From Cyanophora paradoxa CCMP329 (Eukaryota > Plantae > Glaucophyta), in NCBI GenBank assembly GCA_004431415.1, contig QPMI01000452.1, positions 62,001 through 126,000 of the forward strand: a DNA stretch of 64,000 nucleotides, written 5' to 3'. This document shows positions 60,601 through 64,000 of this stretch, in pieces. How positions within the stretch are numbered: position 1 is the stretch's first letter; every line of letters begins with the position of its first letter. The position numbers were made by a program, and so were the translations under genes. The notes below the pieces were generated by a model that saw only the letters and a list, made by a program, of their open reading frames with translations, ran no database searches and was not told the DNA's origin.

Positions 60601-63600
60601 GCCGTGCGTGGCCACGTTCGAAGTGCGAATCGAGTCGGAGGGCAGTCGTGCTGAGGTGCCCGTCAAGTACGGACAGCCGCTCGACTCGTCTCTCTCGCAC
60701 GTGCAGCGCTCTCCTGTGCATGTCGATGTTGTTGGTGAGCGTCGTTGAATTGCAAGCAAATCCGAATATTCCGGAGTCCTCAAAATTTTGTTTGCGCACG
60801 CAGCTGCGGAAGTGTCGTGCTCAACCTTGCGCGCTGCAGTGAGTGCAGCCTTCAACTGCACCGTCACCCCTCGCGCCGCCTCTGCGTTGATGGTTGCGAC
60901 GGACCTCTTGCCGCCGTCCTCGAGCGATGCAAATGTGGTCGCGGGAGCCCCTGAGCCGCCTTTCATCTACACAGTCCGCGTGCCATCGGCGCACCCCGGC
61001 GTCGTCCTGAACTGGACCTACAACGAGGTCATCGGTGGCGGAGCCGTGCCACAGCTCACGGGCCCATCGCGGTTGTCGACGCTACTGCGATGTGCGATTC
61101 GCTGCGCCTCGCCGTCTCCGCAACCACAGTTTGCCGCGTTGTCCCGAATCCGCTCTCTGGCTCTCCGAATGTCCTCACGGACGATATCTCGGCTGACAAT
61201 GCGACTACCGAGCCACTTCTGCTCGGCAGCCTCGAGTCTTGCACAGCCAATTCAACCTGTGGCGTCACATTCACTGTGCAGGCAACTCGGCTGCAGCCCG
61301 AGGCCAACATCACGATCCGCTATGCGCAAGCAATCGACCCGGATGAGCGCCCTCTGTCTTCGTCGCCTGTCCGCATGTCGTTGATATGTGCGCCCAAGAA
61401 CAAATCCTATATATAGCTAGATCTTTTGTTATAAACGTACTCTAGAGCTCTTTACCTATAGCTATCTTTTCCTAATGTGCGCGGCACGCGCACTCTGCAG
61501 CTGCCACTGCGTCGTGCACGCGGAACCGGTCGGCCATTAACGCGCCCATTATGTGCACGATGACAAAGGAAGATGCATCCGCTGATCTCGTCTCTGGTGC
61601 GCGCGCAAACTGTTTTCCCTCCTTTGCCCTCGACAGCTCTGTCAGCAGTTGCGATATTTGAAATTGTTTATACGCAGGCGACTTTGAAAACGCGCTTCTA
61701 TCATCGACATCGCCGGCTGGGCTGCAATTGCGCAACGTTCCAATCAATGCAACAACGGAGCCAACATTGGTATCTGTATCACTCCGCACGTCGCTTCTTG
61801 GTGCTGGCATGAGAATTGCGTGGAACTATAGCGCCCCACTCGGAGGGCTGCCAGTGCCTAGCGACAACACTACGGTGATTGACGTAGTGGGGGCCAGCCT
61901 CTCCTGCGCCACGAGTCGCCTTTTCAACGGCTCTCGGACGACGTGCTGGATCCACGAGCTCCCCGGTTCAGCTCCCCTCGAGGCGCGCGACCTAGAAGTG
62001 TCAACATCGGAGCCCGGCAGGACGCACATCAGCCCTCTGGCCCCGTGCGAGGCAAACGGGACCGGCAGCGCGTCGTGCAGCTTCGAGTTCCACGTGCGAC
62101 TGACGTCTGGCACGCCGATGGAGTCCGTGGCGATTATTGTGCGCTACAACCGGGCCATCGACCCAGAAGCGAGCCACATCGAGCAGTCGCCGTTCAATAT
62201 CACCACTCTTTTCCTTGGTCAGCATTAAATTAAATAAATAAGCCCGACACGCGCTTTCTCTCTACTAACTCGGGCGTGACTTCAACGCGCATGCGCAGCC
62301 AACACTGTTGCGTGCCCAAGGCAGCGACTGGCTCGCTTTGGCAACGTAACCTGCACACTGTCTCGCGCGACAGGCAGTGCTGCGCTGATACCGTCAGATG
62401 TTGCTGTGTATTCTGCCCCATCTTTCGATTACACAACGGTTCGAGCGACCGCAAGCGGAGACCTCAATTTTACAGTGATTGCAGCGAATGCGACCGCACA
62501 AGAAGGAAACCTTGTCGGGGTGAGTAGAGGGCGATGTTTTGAACGCCAAAGCGACCACTCACAGCGAGTCCTCTCAGCTTCGCCTGGCGCCGCCGGCCGA
62601 CTCCGAGCTGACGAACCTCACCCTGCGCTTTGTGGCAATAGAAGGACGCCTGCACTGCAAACGTGGTCGCGCGCATCTGAGAGCCGTCACTTCGTGTCGA
62701 ATTGTGTCCAACAGTAACTTCACTGCTCTCGAGCCCTCGGATGTCGGCAATGCGCTGGCGGATCCGCCGCTCGCCCTTGTTTACACCATGCCGTCAAATC
62801 CGTGGACTATAGTGGCGAACAAAATGGACTGCAGCAATTGCCTCGAGTCCTCCCTTGCTGTCCAGATCCCTTCTTCTGCTCGGCTTTCCGTCTTCTGGTC
62901 GGCCGCTGTGGGAAGTGCAATCTTGCCTGTCGGTGAAGTTGAGATCGGTATAATTTCGGCGAACCTAACTTGCGGCGACTCGCAACCAAAAACTCGCCGC
63001 GTGCTAGGGCAAACACTTCGCTGCCGCGTTGTGCGCCAGCCGGGCTCGCCGCCGCTGCAGCGATTCGACTTCAACTCCTCTGTTGCCTACGTCTTCTTGC
63101 CGAACGGCACCGTCGCAGACCGGCCCCCGCTACAGCCCGACGAAGCGACAGGCGACCTCGTTTTCTCAACGAAACTCGCAGCAATCGCACGCGAGGTTGC
63201 GGTTAATGTTTTCTTTAACGAAACGCTCTCCGATGTGCAAGTGCATGCTGTAAATGGATCGGACCACCGTGTGGACGTCGTTGCAGCCGCACTGTCCTGT
63301 GTGCCGAACCGCCGCACGGGTCGCTCCTCTTCTGTCTGCACCCTGAAGGCCCTCGAAAGCACCGCCGATATCCTCGTGTCAGACTTTGAGCTGCCGGTCG
63401 TCTCTGCCCCAGCTACAGGCTATCTTGCGATTGGGGCCTTCGCGCAAGATTCGGCCCGCCACATTAGCTTCTCTGTTCGCAGCCTGCAACTTGGCCGATA
63501 TAATATTAGCACGGCATACAGAGCTAGCATTGCGCCGGACCGCTCAAGCGTTGCAGAATCGTCGAGCCTGCCGCATCTTGTGGATTGGATCGGCTTCATC

Positions 63601-64000
63601 GAGGCACGCCTGTCGTGCGCCGCGCGCGACTTTGAAGTACGGCAGAGCATGGATTGCCTCCTCTCTCCCGTCAACGGCAGCGCAGCACTTCGGCCTGAAG
63701 AGTTTCTTCCGCCAACATTCTCCCCCTTGGATGCTCAGTTATCTGCCTCGGCTTACAGTGCCGCGCCGGATCGACCCGGCTTTGTTGTCTTCAATGTAAC
63801 CGGCGCTCGCATCGCGGATCTTGCCGCCGTCTCCGTCGAGTACGGGCGTTCGGTAGACGAGCGCAACGACAACACGGCCGGTCCTGTGACTGGCAGCCCG
63901 TATCAATTCTCTGTTCGAGGGCGCATGCGTCTCAGCGAGTGCCGCTTCGTCTTCAATGGCGACATTTACATGCGTTTCAATCTCGACACACTCCAACTGG
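39624..64000 (+). CDS. Giant multi-exon secreted/cell-surface protein with tandem ~105-aa two-Cys beta-sandwich-like modules (start unresolved; continues past window end)
   Basis: A signal-like segment KSLLLVLALAFTFTSSRAA|G lies at ~39635-39692. Dozens of plus-strand exons follow, with recurring V-x-[AG]-x-[LV]-x-C-x3-R-x7-C...S-x2-L-x3-DF and many N-x-S/T sequons. The last exon is open from 62578 to the window end. Not every junction was verified, so more than one gene is possible. Confidence 0.75.

Overview
This is eukaryotic nuclear DNA from an intron-dense, GC-rich photosynthetic protist. A nuclear cyanobacterial-type psaK with a plastid presequence points to a glaucophyte such as Cyanophora (inference). 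The ORF track is mostly shadow ORFs, so genes were assembled by hand across short introns. (1) 1-30 kb is very GC-rich and holds compact genes, often head-to-head. They encode a CCDC34/181-like coiled-coil protein and an LRR-TIR protein (both inside a near-identical direct repeat with a ~7.39 kb offset), a SnoaL-like protein, a two-pore K+ channel with an altered filter, a SKP1-cullin(N-terminal) fusion, a leaderless Kazal protein, a TPR protein, ThiM, PsaK, SGF29 and three unknown proteins. (2) 31.5-37.5 kb is a transposon nest. A TA-flanked MITE contains three non-autonomous Helitron2-like elements arranged cap-cap-cap/body-body-body, best explained by repeated self-insertion at nucleotide 16 of the element. 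(3) From ~39.6 kb past the window end runs one giant multi-exon gene for a secreted or surface protein built of ~105-aa two-cysteine beta-rich modules. Window-wide signals are frequent GC-AG introns and pervasive micro-insertions that create overlapping palindromes.
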